Below, piece after piece: positions 9,551-19,069 of a stretch of DNA of 64,000 nt. How positions within the stretch are numbered: the stretch's first letter is position 1; the number at the start of each line of letters is the position of its first letter. The position numbers were made by a program, and so were the translations under genes. Origin of the DNA: Candidatus Magasanikiibacteriota bacterium (GTDB lineage: Bacteria; Patescibacteriota; Patescibacteriia; Magasanikbacterales; GWA2-37-8); contig CAWJAS010000001.1 in NCBI GenBank assembly GCA_963840935.1, forward strand, positions 384,875 through 448,874, written 5' to 3'. The notes under the pieces were generated by a model, which saw only the letters and a list, made by a program, of their open reading frames with translations, made no database searches and was not told where the DNA came from.

Positions 9551-11881
9551 TTATTTCAGGTTAAACTGGTAAACCTTTCCGGAATCAAGAATGTAGGCCG
9601 TATTTTTTGTTTCTTCAACAACCATGCTTACCGGTGAGGCGAGTTCGTTCGCGGTTATTTGCCGGATCAATGCGCCGTTTTTATCAAAAATAACCATTCG
9701 TTTATTGTTAGCGTCTAGCAAATAAAAATTATCAGCATCATTATATGTCCAAATTTCGTTACCTCCGTTTAATATCGGATCGATTGTTTCAAGCTCAAAC
9801 ATTTGTTCTGTTCCTTGGGTGAATTTATAAATTGCCCCATTTGATTTTTGGACAAATAAATCACCATCAATTGTTATGTCAATTCCATCTCTGATATTTA
9901 TACCGCTTGCCTGAAGCCAATCTTTTCCAATACCAAAACCCCCGATTATATTATCGTGCCTGTAAATTTGATTTGTTTGGGTATCAAGTGAATAAAGCCG
10001 TCTGTTGTAGACAACGATTGATTGGATTTTTGACTCTTGCGCGCTGTAGCTTATTTGAGCTTTTTTGAAAATGTTGGTTTGTGGTTCGTAAACAGCGATG
10101 GATTTGAAATCTGAAGCCAAGAAAGCCACATAATCGTCTTCTTTGGGCACCGTGCCGTCAATAAAACCGCTCAAAGTGTTTTCCGTCGGTTTTACCTCAT
10201 TATTTTCTTTAGTTAACAAATCATAAATTAAAAGAGAATTGGAATTCGGTGAAAATCCGATTATTTTTGTATCAAGCTTAACTATTTTTTGAATATCGGA
10301 AAATCCCATTGAATTCCAGTCCACGATCAGATCAAGTTTTACGGTTTCCATTTTCTGCAGTTTAAGAGATAGTTCGGAAAGACGGCCGTTAATGTCCTCG
10401 CAAGTCGGTTGGTCAATCGGCCTGCATTCAAAGTTGGCGATATAATTATTTGCTTCAACCATTTGGGTTTTTGCGCCTCGTTCATCGCCGTAAATCATGG
10501 CGCTTTCCGCTGAGTCGATTTTATTTTTTATCATTTGTAAGCTTTCTTCATATAGACGATTACTTTCAGTTGCGTTTTTTTGAGCTTGTAAGAATAAAAT
10601 GCTGATAATAAAAACTATAATAAAAATTACTGAAGCGATGGCTAGAATTTTTGTGAGCAATGGAAGGTCTTTGATACTTTGAAAAAAACGACGCCGGCTT
10701 TCCGACCATGATTCCAAAATTGAACGTCGGCGATTTTTGTAGTTAATCAATATAATAAAAAGCATTATAAAAAATCGCCCGATATTAACAATAGCTTTAG
10801 CCAGCGCGAAAAACAGCCAATATATGCCTAATCCGGCATATTTTAGACCTTTCCAGGCGGTTAAAATTATTATTTTTAAATAAACCGATATTTTATCTTC
10901 CGAAGAATTTGATTTTACGTGAGGTTTAATGTGGGGTGAAGAATTATCTTCTTGCTCCTGCCTGACGGCGGATGCAAAAATAATATTTTTATTTGTCGGG
11001 ATAGTTTGTTTTTTATTTGATTGTTGTTCTTCATCTTCTTCGCCATCCTCCTCATCATAATCATCATCGTGCCTTGCGTTCATCATTGTTTTAACTTTAG
11101 AGTTTAGGTCCTCCATTAAAGAAGGGGATAGAGTTCGAGCGGTCTGAGCTTCGGTATCCGATAAATTAGGTTTTTTTGCTTGTTCGGATTTGGTGACGGA
11201 TGAACCGCTGAATTCAGGAGTAAAGTGAGCGACTAGACCACCGTATGAATAACCGTTTTTTATGTTACACAAAACTTTTTCAAGATGTTCCGCGCTTTGC
11301 TCGGCAGTTCTGCCCGTAATAATTTTTTGCAGGCGGTCATGATTGAAACAATTGGCGATGTGCGCGGTGCCGGCAAAAAAATAATCACCGTCGGAAATTT
11401 TACCTTGAATAATTTGTGAAAAAAGCTTGCCGTCGTCGTTCTCTTCTTCGTTGGCCGCGATTAAATCCATTTTTTTGTATTGGCCGAATTTATTTTTGTA
11501 AAAAAGAACCGCTTCCGGAGTACCGCAAAATGAAAAAGTCAGTTCATTGCCTTTGAGGGTGCCGACCAAGCAATTCAACTCAGAGTCATCTCCGGACAAA
11601 ACGAAGTTGTCTTTGTTAATTTCTTCAAAAATTGTTTCAAGAGCGTTTGTTTCCGGCGTGTCCGGTATTTCGTAATAATCGTTTTCGATTTTATCCATTA
11701 ACGCCTGAAGGTTTAATACGTCGTTTTTATCGCTTTTATTAATTTCGCAAATAGCAAAAAAATAACCCTTTTTCTTTTCTTCTTCGGGAGTGGAGGGTTG
11801 TATTATGTGTAATAAAACATGCGACAACTCTTGTTTATCGCCTTCAACAAAAAATTCATTCAATTGTAAAATTGATGCCAT
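9551..11881 (-). CDS. Large membrane protein: cytoplasmic N-domain, central TM helices, C-terminal beta-propeller-like repeat domain
   Basis: 776-aa ORF; hydrophobic segments around aa 330-430; C-terminal repetitive beta-strand-like segments (IYRHDNIIGGFG, LFVQKSNGAIYKF, YLLDANNKRMVIFD). Confidence 0.55.
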   Translation of the reverse strand: MASILQLNEFFVEGDKQELSHVLLHIIQPSTPEEEKKKGYFFAICEINKSDKNDVLNLQALMDKIENDYYEIPDTPETNALETIFEEINKDNFVLSGDDSELNCLVGTLKGNELTFSFCGTPEAVLFYKNKFGQYKKMDLIAANEEENDDGKLFSQIIQGKISDGDYFFAGTAHIANCFNHDRLQKIITGRTAEQSAEHLEKVLCNIKNGYSYGGLVAHFTPEFSGSSVTKSEQAKKPNLSDTEAQTARTLSPSLMEDLNSKVKTMMNARHDDDYDEEDGEEDEEQQSNKKQTIPTNKNIIFASAVRQEQEDNSSPHIKPHVKSNSSEDKISVYLKIIILTAWKGLKYAGLGIYWLFFALAKAIVNIGRFFIMLFIILINYKNRRRSILESWSESRRRFFQSIKDLPLLTKILAIASVIFIIVFIISILFLQAQKNATESNRLYEESLQMIKNKIDSAESAMIYGDERGAKTQMVEANNYIANFECRPIDQPTCEDINGRLSELSLKLQKMETVKLDLIVDWNSMGFSDIQKIVKLDTKIIGFSPNSNSLLIYDLLTKENNEVKPTENTLSGFIDGTVPKEDDYVAFLASDFKSIAVYEPQTNIFKKAQISYSAQESKIQSIVVYNRRLYSLDTQTNQIYRHDNIIGGFGIGKDWLQASGINIRDGIDITIDGDLFVQKSNGAIYKFTQGTEQMFELETIDPILNGGNEIWTYNDADNFYLLDANNKRMVIFDKNGALIRQITANELASPVSMVVEETKNTAYILDSGKVYQFNLK

Positions 11882-11988
11882 ATGCTTTGACTATACTAAC
11901 ATTATACATTATACTATATATTGAAAAAAGCGTCTATTTATTGTGGATAATTATTACATTAAAAAAACATCATAATTTTATCAAAACT

Positions 11989-12573
11989 ATGCTTGAACAC
12001 CTTTTTGGTTCAAAGACCAGAATCAAGCTTTTACAGCTTTTATTAAACAACCCAGAAAAGAATTTTTTTGTCCGTGAATTATCGCGGGCAATTGGCGTGC
12101 AGTTGAATGCCGTAAGGCGAGAAATCCAAAATCTGGAAAAAATTGGTTTAATCATTCAAGTTGAGCCGAACGCCGATAATTATGAATCCGGCGAACGTTG
12201 TAAATATTATAAATTAAAAACAGACAGTTTGCTTTATCCGGAGTTCAAAGAATTAATGACAAAAGTTTCAGTTATTGAAGAAAGAGAATTTGTGGAACAA
12301 TTAAAAAAGCGCGCCGGTAAAATTAAATTTATGCTTTTAACCGGATTTTTTACCGGTGAAAAAAAAGCCGATTCGGACTTGTTGATTGTCGGCGATATTA
12401 AGCCCGCCTCTGTATCAAAAATAATAAGAGATTTTGAAAAAAGTATTAATCGTGAATTGCGTTATACCATCATGGGTGAAAAAGAATACAAGGATAGGCG
12501 CGAAATCGGAGATAAATTTATTTATAATTTGCTTGAGACGAAACATTACATTCCGGTTGACGAATATCGTTAA
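11989..12573 (+). CDS. Winged-helix (ArsR-like) transcriptional regulator with C-terminal nucleotidyltransferase-like domain
   Basis: Start moved to ATG 11989 (track ORF begins inside the upstream gene); IKLLQLLLNNPEKNFFVRELSRAIGVQLNAVRREIQNLEKIGLI is an HTH. Confidence 0.55.
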   Translation: MLEHLFGSKTRIKLLQLLLNNPEKNFFVRELSRAIGVQLNAVRREIQNLEKIGLIIQVEPNADNYESGERCKYYKLKTDSLLYPEFKELMTKVSVIEEREFVEQLKKRAGKIKFMLLTGFFTGEKKADSDLLIVGDIKPASVSKIIRDFEKSINRELRYTIMGEKEYKDRREIGDKFIYNLLETKHYIPVDEYR

Positions 12574-12584
12574 TTTTTACGGTT

Positions 12585-12929
12585 ATGAAGCTTTTGATTG
12601 ACAATAGCGAGGAAAGTGAAGTTATTATTTGCGCAAAAATTCAAAAGTGGAAAAAGTTTGTCATAAAAAACAAAGCGCAAAAACCTCTCTTGGTGATTCT
12701 CAATAATTTTTTATCAAAAAATAAAAAGAAGTTGACAGATATCACCGGTATTGCCGTGGTTGTGGGGAAGGGCCGGTTTACGGCTACGCGCATTGCCGTC
12801 ACAGTTGTAAACACTCTTGGCTACGCCCTCAAAATTCCGGTAGTGTCCGTAATTTCGAATGAGCGAGGAGTTTGCCGAAAAAGCGCTCAAAAAAGCCAAG
12901 TCGGGCGTGTTCGTCAGTGCCAAATATAG
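12585..12929 (+). CDS. tsaB: TsaB (YeaZ)-like t6A biosynthesis protein, short form
   Basis: LLIDNSEESEV and ITGIAVVVGKGRFTATRIAVTVVNTLGYALKIPVVSV match the TsaB N-terminal ASKHA core; C-terminus absent (short form). Confidence 0.5.
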   Translation: MKLLIDNSEESEVIICAKIQKWKKFVIKNKAQKPLLVILNNFLSKNKKKLTDITGIAVVVGKGRFTATRIAVTVVNTLGYALKIPVVSVISNERGVCRKSAQKSQVGRVRQCQI

Positions 12930-12965
12930 CGGTGAAGCTCATATCGGCGGTCAAAAATAATCCAT

Positions 12966-14459
12966 ATGTTTATATCCGATTACCATAAATATCGTTTTTT
13001 TGAAATATTACCCGGATTAAGCATTTGGCTTACTTTAGTACTGACAATTTTATTTTCTTTTATTCGTCCTTTATGGATGATTTATTTTATTATTGTTTTT
13101 GACCTTTATTGGGTTTTGAGAGTGGTCTATTTTTCTTTTTATTTAATATTGTCATGGCGCAGATTTCGCCGAGCCATTAGAATCGACTGGATGGCTCGCT
13201 TGAAAAACGAGTTTACCGACTGGGAGAATAAAAAGAATGTAATATTTTTACCTTTGTACAATGAAGAATTATCGGTTGTTGAGGACACGCTCGAAGCGAT
13301 ACTCCGTTCAACTTATCCGGCCGAAAAGATTTATATTGTTTTATCCGGCGAAGAAAGAAACATGAAGCATTGGCAGAGCCTGCATCCGCAAATTTTTAAC
13401 AAATATAATGGACGGTTCGCGGATTTAATTTTTTATTCTCATCCGGCCGGATTGCCCGATGAAATTCCCGGCAAGGGATCGCATTTAAACTGGATTGAGC
13501 GCCAATTCAAAAAATACGCCGATGATAAAGGTTGGAACTATATAGACATAATTGTTTCGGCTTTTGATGTTGATACCATTGTTCATCCGCAATACTTTGC
13601 CCACCTCAACTATATTTATTGTTCACATCCGAATCCCGAAAGGAGTTCCTTCCAGCCGGTTACTCTTTATAATAATAATCTTTGGGAATCACCGTCGGTT
13701 TTGCGCATTATGGCATTCGGTACTACTTTTTGGACAATGTTTTCTTTGGCGCGTTTGGATAATATGGTCACTTTTTCATCGCATTCCATGAGTTTTAAAG
13801 CGCTGGTTGATTGCGGTGGACACGCCAAAAATATCGTTAGCGAAGATTCAAGAATTTATTATCAATGTTGGTTTACATATAAAGGTAATTACGAAGTGAC
13901 TCCTTTGTATATTCCGGTTTCAATGGATACGGCGCGCGATGATAAATTTTTTAAGAGCATAAAGAATTTATATTATCAGCAAAGACGCTGGGCCTGGGGG
14001 GCGGAACATATTCCATATTTGTTTTGGCAATGGAAAAAATATCCGGATATTTCCAGGTTCAAAAAATTAGCCCTGATATTTCATGAATGGGAAGGTAAGT
14101 GGAGTTGGGCTTTGGTCGCGATTCTTATTACCGTTATCGGTCGTTTGCCTCTTTGGGTGGCCGGAGAAGAGATCCGGCAAAGCGCGCTGTTTTTTAACAC
14201 TCCGCATGTGCTTGAAGTGATGATGACTTTGGCTATGATGGGTTTGTTTTTATCGGCAATTTTAGGTATGCTTATATTACCGAGCAGGCCGGAAGGTCAT
14301 CCTCGCTACAAATATTTGTTTATGGTTTTGCAATGGCTACTTTTGCCTGTTTCATTGATTGTCTTTTCGGCACTGCCATGCATTGACGCGGTTACTCATC
14401 TGATGTTCGGCAAATATTTGGGTTTTAATGTATCCGCAAAAAAAAGAGTTTCCACATAA
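12966..14459 (+). CDS. Integral-membrane GT2 glycosyltransferase, processive type
   Basis: LPLYNEE, FDVDT (D.D), and the QQRRWAWG (QxxRW) motif; TM helices at both ends. Confidence 0.7.
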   Translation: MFISDYHKYRFFEILPGLSIWLTLVLTILFSFIRPLWMIYFIIVFDLYWVLRVVYFSFYLILSWRRFRRAIRIDWMARLKNEFTDWENKKNVIFLPLYNEELSVVEDTLEAILRSTYPAEKIYIVLSGEERNMKHWQSLHPQIFNKYNGRFADLIFYSHPAGLPDEIPGKGSHLNWIERQFKKYADDKGWNYIDIIVSAFDVDTIVHPQYFAHLNYIYCSHPNPERSSFQPVTLYNNNLWESPSVLRIMAFGTTFWTMFSLARLDNMVTFSSHSMSFKALVDCGGHAKNIVSEDSRIYYQCWFTYKGNYEVTPLYIPVSMDTARDDKFFKSIKNLYYQQRRWAWGAEHIPYLFWQWKKYPDISRFKKLALIFHEWEGKWSWALVAILITVIGRLPLWVAGEEIRQSALFFNTPHVLEVMMTLAMMGLFLSAILGMLILPSRPEGHPRYKYLFMVLQWLLLPVSLIVFSALPCIDAVTHLMFGKYLGFNVSAKKRVST

Positions 14460-14462
14460 ATT

Positions 14463-15956
14463 ATGACATTCGCCAGATTTATCAAAATTTCATTCATGGT
14501 ATTAGCGGCGCTTTTGATTGCCACCGCAACTTTTTTCTTTTTATGGTATCGTTCGGGCAATTTACAAATGACTGTTGTATCGGAAATTGGAAAAAGATTT
14601 TTATTAATTGACGCGAATAATTTGCCTCCGGAAAGCGAAGACGGTTCCTTGGTGATTTCGCCAACAGTGGGCGCGAATTTTATTCAGAAATTTTTTGGTT
14701 TGGAAGAGCCTCGAACGTATTTGATTTTATTTTTAAACAACACAGAGCTTCGGCCCGGTGGAGGATTTATCGGCACATACGCGGTGGTAAAAATGGTTAA
14801 TGCCAATCCGGAAATAATAAAAGTTGAAGGCACGGAAATATTAGACAATTTGGCTCCAACGAATTTTGCTTCCGAACCGCCGGCGCCGATAAAAGAATAT
14901 TTGGGAGTGGAAAGATGGTTTTTTAGGGATTCCAATTGGTCACCCGATTTTACTTCTGCCGCGGCCAAATCGCTTGAATTATACAAAAAACAAAAAGGAG
15001 TTGGCGCGGAAGAAATCGATACTGTGATTGCTTTTACCCCAACCGTGATTGAAGGACTTCTGCGTATTATCGGTCCGGTTGAAGTTAACGGTGTTCAATT
15101 CACGGCCGACAATTTTATTGAAAAAATGAATTATGAAGTGGAGTTTGGTTTTGAACAAAGAGGAATCTCGTTTGATGAAAGAAAGTTGATGCTTTTGGAA
15201 ATGACAAAAATAGTGATTCATAATACGGCAAAAAATATTTTCAAACATTGGAACGATTACAAAACATTGGTCGAAAAAATGTTAATTGAAAAACAAGTGG
15301 TGATGTATTCCACTTATCTTGATTCGCAGGTGGTTTTGGAAGCAAAAAATTGGGCCGGCAAAATGTCTGGAGTTAATTATGATTATTTGCTTTGGGCGGA
15401 CGCGAATTTGGGCGCGCTAAAAACCGATGCGGCGATAAAAAGGTCTCTTTCATACGAAATATATCAGAATAACGAAGGAAGATGGATCGGGCGGGCAAAA
15501 ATGACGCTTCAGCATAAAGGCGTGTTTGATTGGCGAACGACTCGTTATCGCGATTATGCCAGAGTTTTTGTGCCCATGGGCAGTGAATTAATCAGAGGAA
15601 TCGGAGTGATGAAAACCGATCGTTCTTCGGAAGCCGGGCCGGTCTCCAAAGGAATTGAAAACGGACGACAATGGTTTGGCGGGTTTATTTCTGTTGAACC
15701 TGGCAAGACCGGCGAAATTGCTTTTGAATACTATTTGGCGTCAGAAGTGGTTGATAGAATAAAAGCCAATAATTATCGCTTATTAGTACAAAAACAAATC
15801 GGTACCAATGATGTAAGGTTGACTCTTGACCTGAATTTTGCTAATAAACTAGTATTCGCGATGCCGGTGGAAAGATCTGATAAATTTGGCGATAATCGTT
15901 ATAACTACAACGCGGTTTTATTAAAAGATATTGATTTTGAAGTGAGAACACAATAA
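14463..15956 (+). CDS. N-terminally membrane-anchored protein of unknown function (DUF4012-like size and topology)
   Basis: ORF plus N-terminal TM helix; adjacent to and likely co-transcribed with the membrane GT2. Confidence 0.45.
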   Translation: MTFARFIKISFMVLAALLIATATFFFLWYRSGNLQMTVVSEIGKRFLLIDANNLPPESEDGSLVISPTVGANFIQKFFGLEEPRTYLILFLNNTELRPGGGFIGTYAVVKMVNANPEIIKVEGTEILDNLAPTNFASEPPAPIKEYLGVERWFFRDSNWSPDFTSAAAKSLELYKKQKGVGAEEIDTVIAFTPTVIEGLLRIIGPVEVNGVQFTADNFIEKMNYEVEFGFEQRGISFDERKLMLLEMTKIVIHNTAKNIFKHWNDYKTLVEKMLIEKQVVMYSTYLDSQVVLEAKNWAGKMSGVNYDYLLWADANLGALKTDAAIKRSLSYEIYQNNEGRWIGRAKMTLQHKGVFDWRTTRYRDYARVFVPMGSELIRGIGVMKTDRSSEAGPVSKGIENGRQWFGGFISVEPGKTGEIAFEYYLASEVVDRIKANNYRLLVQKQIGTNDVRLTLDLNFANKLVFAMPVERSDKFGDNRYNYNAVLLKDIDFEVRTQ

Positions 15957-15958
15957 TT

Positions 15959-16966
15959 ATGTTTATAAAAAAAGTCGGAATTGACTTGGGTACAAATAAC
16001 GCGCGTGTTTACGTTCCAAAAAAGGGAACGGTTATTGATGAACCGTCAGTGGTCGCTATTTCAAAAAACGATGGAAAAATTTTGGCGGTTGGTCTTGAAG
16101 CAAAAGACATGCTTGGTAGAACTCCGGACACAATTTCTGCCGAACACCCGCTCAAAGAAGGTGTAATCGCAAATTACAAAACAACCGAAGCAATGCTCCG
16201 TTATTTTATCAACAAAGCTTTGGGCGGTGTTCATCTTTTTCGGCCCGAAGTAATGGTGGCGGTGCCAAGCGGAATTACTTCAACCGAACGCAGAGCGGTA
16301 ATTGACGCCACAATCGCAGCCGGCGCTCGCGCCGCATATTTGATAAAAGCCCCGTTGGTCGCGGCTATTGGAGCAGATATTCCCATTGGCGCCGCTTCCG
16401 GTCACATGGTGATTGATATTGGAGGAGGCACATCAGAAATCGCCGTAATTTCTCTTGGTGGCATAGTCGCTTCTGGCTCGGTAAGAATCGGCGGTAATAG
16501 ATTTGATTTGGCAATTAGCGATTTTATTCGCAGAAAATATAATTTGGCTATTGGTGTACACACGTCCGAAGAAATAAAAACCAGCGTCGGTTCGGCAATG
16601 TATATGAGTAAACCCCTGACAGTTGATATTAAAGGGCGTGATATGGTCAGCGGACTGCCGAGAATCGTCACTGTAACATCCGATGACGTGACCGAAGCTT
16701 TACAACATGATTTGGAATTGCTTATGAAAGCGATTAAAGAAGTTCTTCACGACACTCCGCCGGAATTATCGGCCGATGTAATGGATAAAGGAATCGTCTT
16801 GACCGGAGGTTCGGCGCAACTCAGAAATATCGCCGAATTGGTCGCCGACACCACCGGAGTCCCAACTTATGTTGCGGAAGACCCGATGTTTTGCGCTGTA
16901 AAAGGCACGGGCATCGCGCTTGAAAATATAGATAATTATAAACGAAGTATTTTAGCCACTAAATAA
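15959..16966 (+). CDS. mreB: Rod-shape determining protein MreB
   Basis: GIDLGTNNARVYV, actin-fold ATPase motifs along the full length. Confidence 0.95.
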   Translation: MFIKKVGIDLGTNNARVYVPKKGTVIDEPSVVAISKNDGKILAVGLEAKDMLGRTPDTISAEHPLKEGVIANYKTTEAMLRYFINKALGGVHLFRPEVMVAVPSGITSTERRAVIDATIAAGARAAYLIKAPLVAAIGADIPIGAASGHMVIDIGGGTSEIAVISLGGIVASGSVRIGGNRFDLAISDFIRRKYNLAIGVHTSEEIKTSVGSAMYMSKPLTVDIKGRDMVSGLPRIVTVTSDDVTEALQHDLELLMKAIKEVLHDTPPELSADVMDKGIVLTGGSAQLRNIAELVADTTGVPTYVAEDPMFCAVKGTGIALENIDNYKRSILATK

Positions 16967-16970
16967 TTCT

Positions 16971-18092
16971 ATGTTGCTCGGGATTGAGGCCAGCCATGCC
17001 AACCGACAAAAACGCACAGGCGTTGAAGAATATTGTTTTCAAATAATCGAGCGCTTGAAAAAAATCATACCCGCGGATACGCGGGTAGTTTTGTATAGTG
17101 AAAAAAAATTGTTATCGCCTTTGTCGGACCTTCCACCGAATTGGGAAGCAAAGGTTATTAAATGGCCTTTCAAAAAGGGTTGGAGCCAATTCGCCCTATC
17201 TAAATATTTTTTGAAAAATTCTCCGGATGTATATTTCGCGCCCGGTCAGCTTGTTCCCTTTATCTGCCCAAAAAATACCGTCACCATGGTCCATGATAGC
17301 GCCTTTAAAGTTTTTCCCAAGGCCTATCGTTTTTTTGGCAGACAATATTTGAAATTAATGAACCGATTAGTATTAAAAAAATCAAAATTAATAATTACCC
17401 CGTCTGAGTTTTCAAAAAATGAATTAATTAGAATTTATAATTTTTCAAATCCGCAAAATATTAAAGTTGTTTATCACGGATATGACAGCCAAAAATACAA
17501 ACAGCGTCAAATAACCGAAAATGAAAAGCAAAAATTATTCGACAAATACAACATAAAAAAACCATTCTATATTTTTATCGGTCGTTTGGAAGAAAAGAAA
17601 AATATAATTAATATTGTCCGCGCTTTTGAACAGATAAAAAATAAAATCGACGGGCAATTGGTATTGGCCGGACAATTCGGCCAAGGTGGCGAAGAAATAA
17701 AATCAGTTATTAATCAAAGCGAATACAAACAAGATATTATTATGCCGGGATGGGTGGACGAAAGCGATTTGCCTTTGCTTTTGAATTTATCTTTAGCTTT
17801 GGTTTTTCCCACAAAATACGAAGGTTTTGGTTTTCCTCTTTTGTATGCCATGGCTTCAGGATGCCCGAATTTGGCTTCAAAAGGCCATAGCTTGGAAGAA
17901 ATAGGGGGTAACGCCTCTATTTATGTGGATAGCAATTCCATCCAACAAATTTCTGAAGCGGTTCAAAAAATCTATTTTGATAAGGATTTTCGCGCTATGA
18001 TGATAAAAAACGGCCTCGAACAAGCCCGTTTATTCTCTTGGGAGAAGTCGGCGCGCGAAACATGGGAGATATTGCGGAATGCCGAGAAATAG
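16971..18092 (+). CDS. GT4 family glycosyltransferase
   Basis: EGFGFPLLYAMASGCP and E..G motif typical of the GT-B/GT4 C-terminal domain. Confidence 0.85.
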   Translation: MLLGIEASHANRQKRTGVEEYCFQIIERLKKIIPADTRVVLYSEKKLLSPLSDLPPNWEAKVIKWPFKKGWSQFALSKYFLKNSPDVYFAPGQLVPFICPKNTVTMVHDSAFKVFPKAYRFFGRQYLKLMNRLVLKKSKLIITPSEFSKNELIRIYNFSNPQNIKVVYHGYDSQKYKQRQITENEKQKLFDKYNIKKPFYIFIGRLEEKKNIINIVRAFEQIKNKIDGQLVLAGQFGQGGEEIKSVINQSEYKQDIIMPGWVDESDLPLLLNLSLALVFPTKYEGFGFPLLYAMASGCPNLASKGHSLEEIGGNASIYVDSNSIQQISEAVQKIYFDKDFRAMMIKNGLEQARLFSWEKSARETWEILRNAEK

Positions 18093-18152
18093 GGTAATCT
18101 AATATGTATGGTTAGCCTAATCGGCAAGACAATTTTTTGAATATAAGGCGCT

Positions 18153-19061
18153 ATGATTATTGGACATTCTAAAAATGTGTGTTTTTTGGAAAATGCGCTA
18201 AAAAGCGGTTGTTTAAGCCATGCTTTTTGTTTTACCGGTCCGGAGCAAGTGGGCAAGCGAACAGTAGCCGAGCATTTGGCGTCATTGGTTTTAAACGTGG
18301 AACCGGAAAAATTATTTTCCCATGGTGATTACCATTATGTTAAACGCGAAGTGGATGAAAAAAAAGATAAGTTGAAAAAAGACATTAGCATTGCCCAAGC
18401 AAAATTAATAAACGCATTTTTGGCCAATCGTTCATGGTTTGGCGGAAGAAAAGTGGTTGTGATTGATGAGGCCGAGACGTTGAATATTGAAGCATCGAAC
18501 GCGCTTTTAAAATCGCTTGAAGAGTCGGTGGAAGATAGTTTGATAATTTTGTTAACTGTCGACGACCGGCTTTTGCCAAGCACCATAAGATCAAGATGCC
18601 AAATGGTTCATTTTTCATTATTATCGCCTGAAGAAATGGCTGAGGGGTTGGGACCGTTAGGTTTTGCCAAAGAAAAAATTCCACAAGCGATTGAATATTC
18701 GTGGGGCCGTCCGGGGCGGGCGATAGACCTGCTATCGGATGAAGAAAAATTTATTAATGAAATAAACGAAATAAACAGAATTAAATCATTGGCCGGCGCC
18801 CCTTTTTATAAAAAATTAGCTGCGATTGAAGATGTTTTTGGCGACAAAGAAGACGCCATACGCGGTCGCGACCGGATTCGGCTGATTATAAATACATGGA
18901 CAATGGTCTGGCGCGATTATTTGCGCGGTGGTTCATTAGATTCAAATTTTGACCGCCGTCAGGCGATAACCGTAATTGATGAATTTGGCCGGATTCAGGA
19001 ATTGATAAAGCAGAATGTTCATCCAAGATTATTAATTGAAAAAATAATTCTAAAAATTTAA
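18153..19061 (+). CDS. holB: DNA polymerase III delta-prime subunit
   Basis: HAFCFTGPEQVGKRT, VVVIDEAETLN, SRC motif (TIRSRCQ). Confidence 0.85.
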   Translation: MIIGHSKNVCFLENALKSGCLSHAFCFTGPEQVGKRTVAEHLASLVLNVEPEKLFSHGDYHYVKREVDEKKDKLKKDISIAQAKLINAFLANRSWFGGRKVVVIDEAETLNIEASNALLKSLEESVEDSLIILLTVDDRLLPSTIRSRCQMVHFSLLSPEEMAEGLGPLGFAKEKIPQAIEYSWGRPGRAIDLLSDEEKFINEINEINRIKSLAGAPFYKKLAAIEDVFGDKEDAIRGRDRIRLIINTWTMVWRDYLRGGSLDSNFDRRQAITVIDEFGRIQELIKQNVHPRLLIEKIILKI

Positions 19062-19069
19062 ATATTTTT

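Noticed and set aside
11872-11988. Longer N-terminus of the wHTH regulator (track ORF starting at 11872)
   Set aside because: This extension overlaps the 5' end of the upstream minus-strand gene and is hydrophobic junk. The conserved HTH begins right after the internal ATG at 11989.
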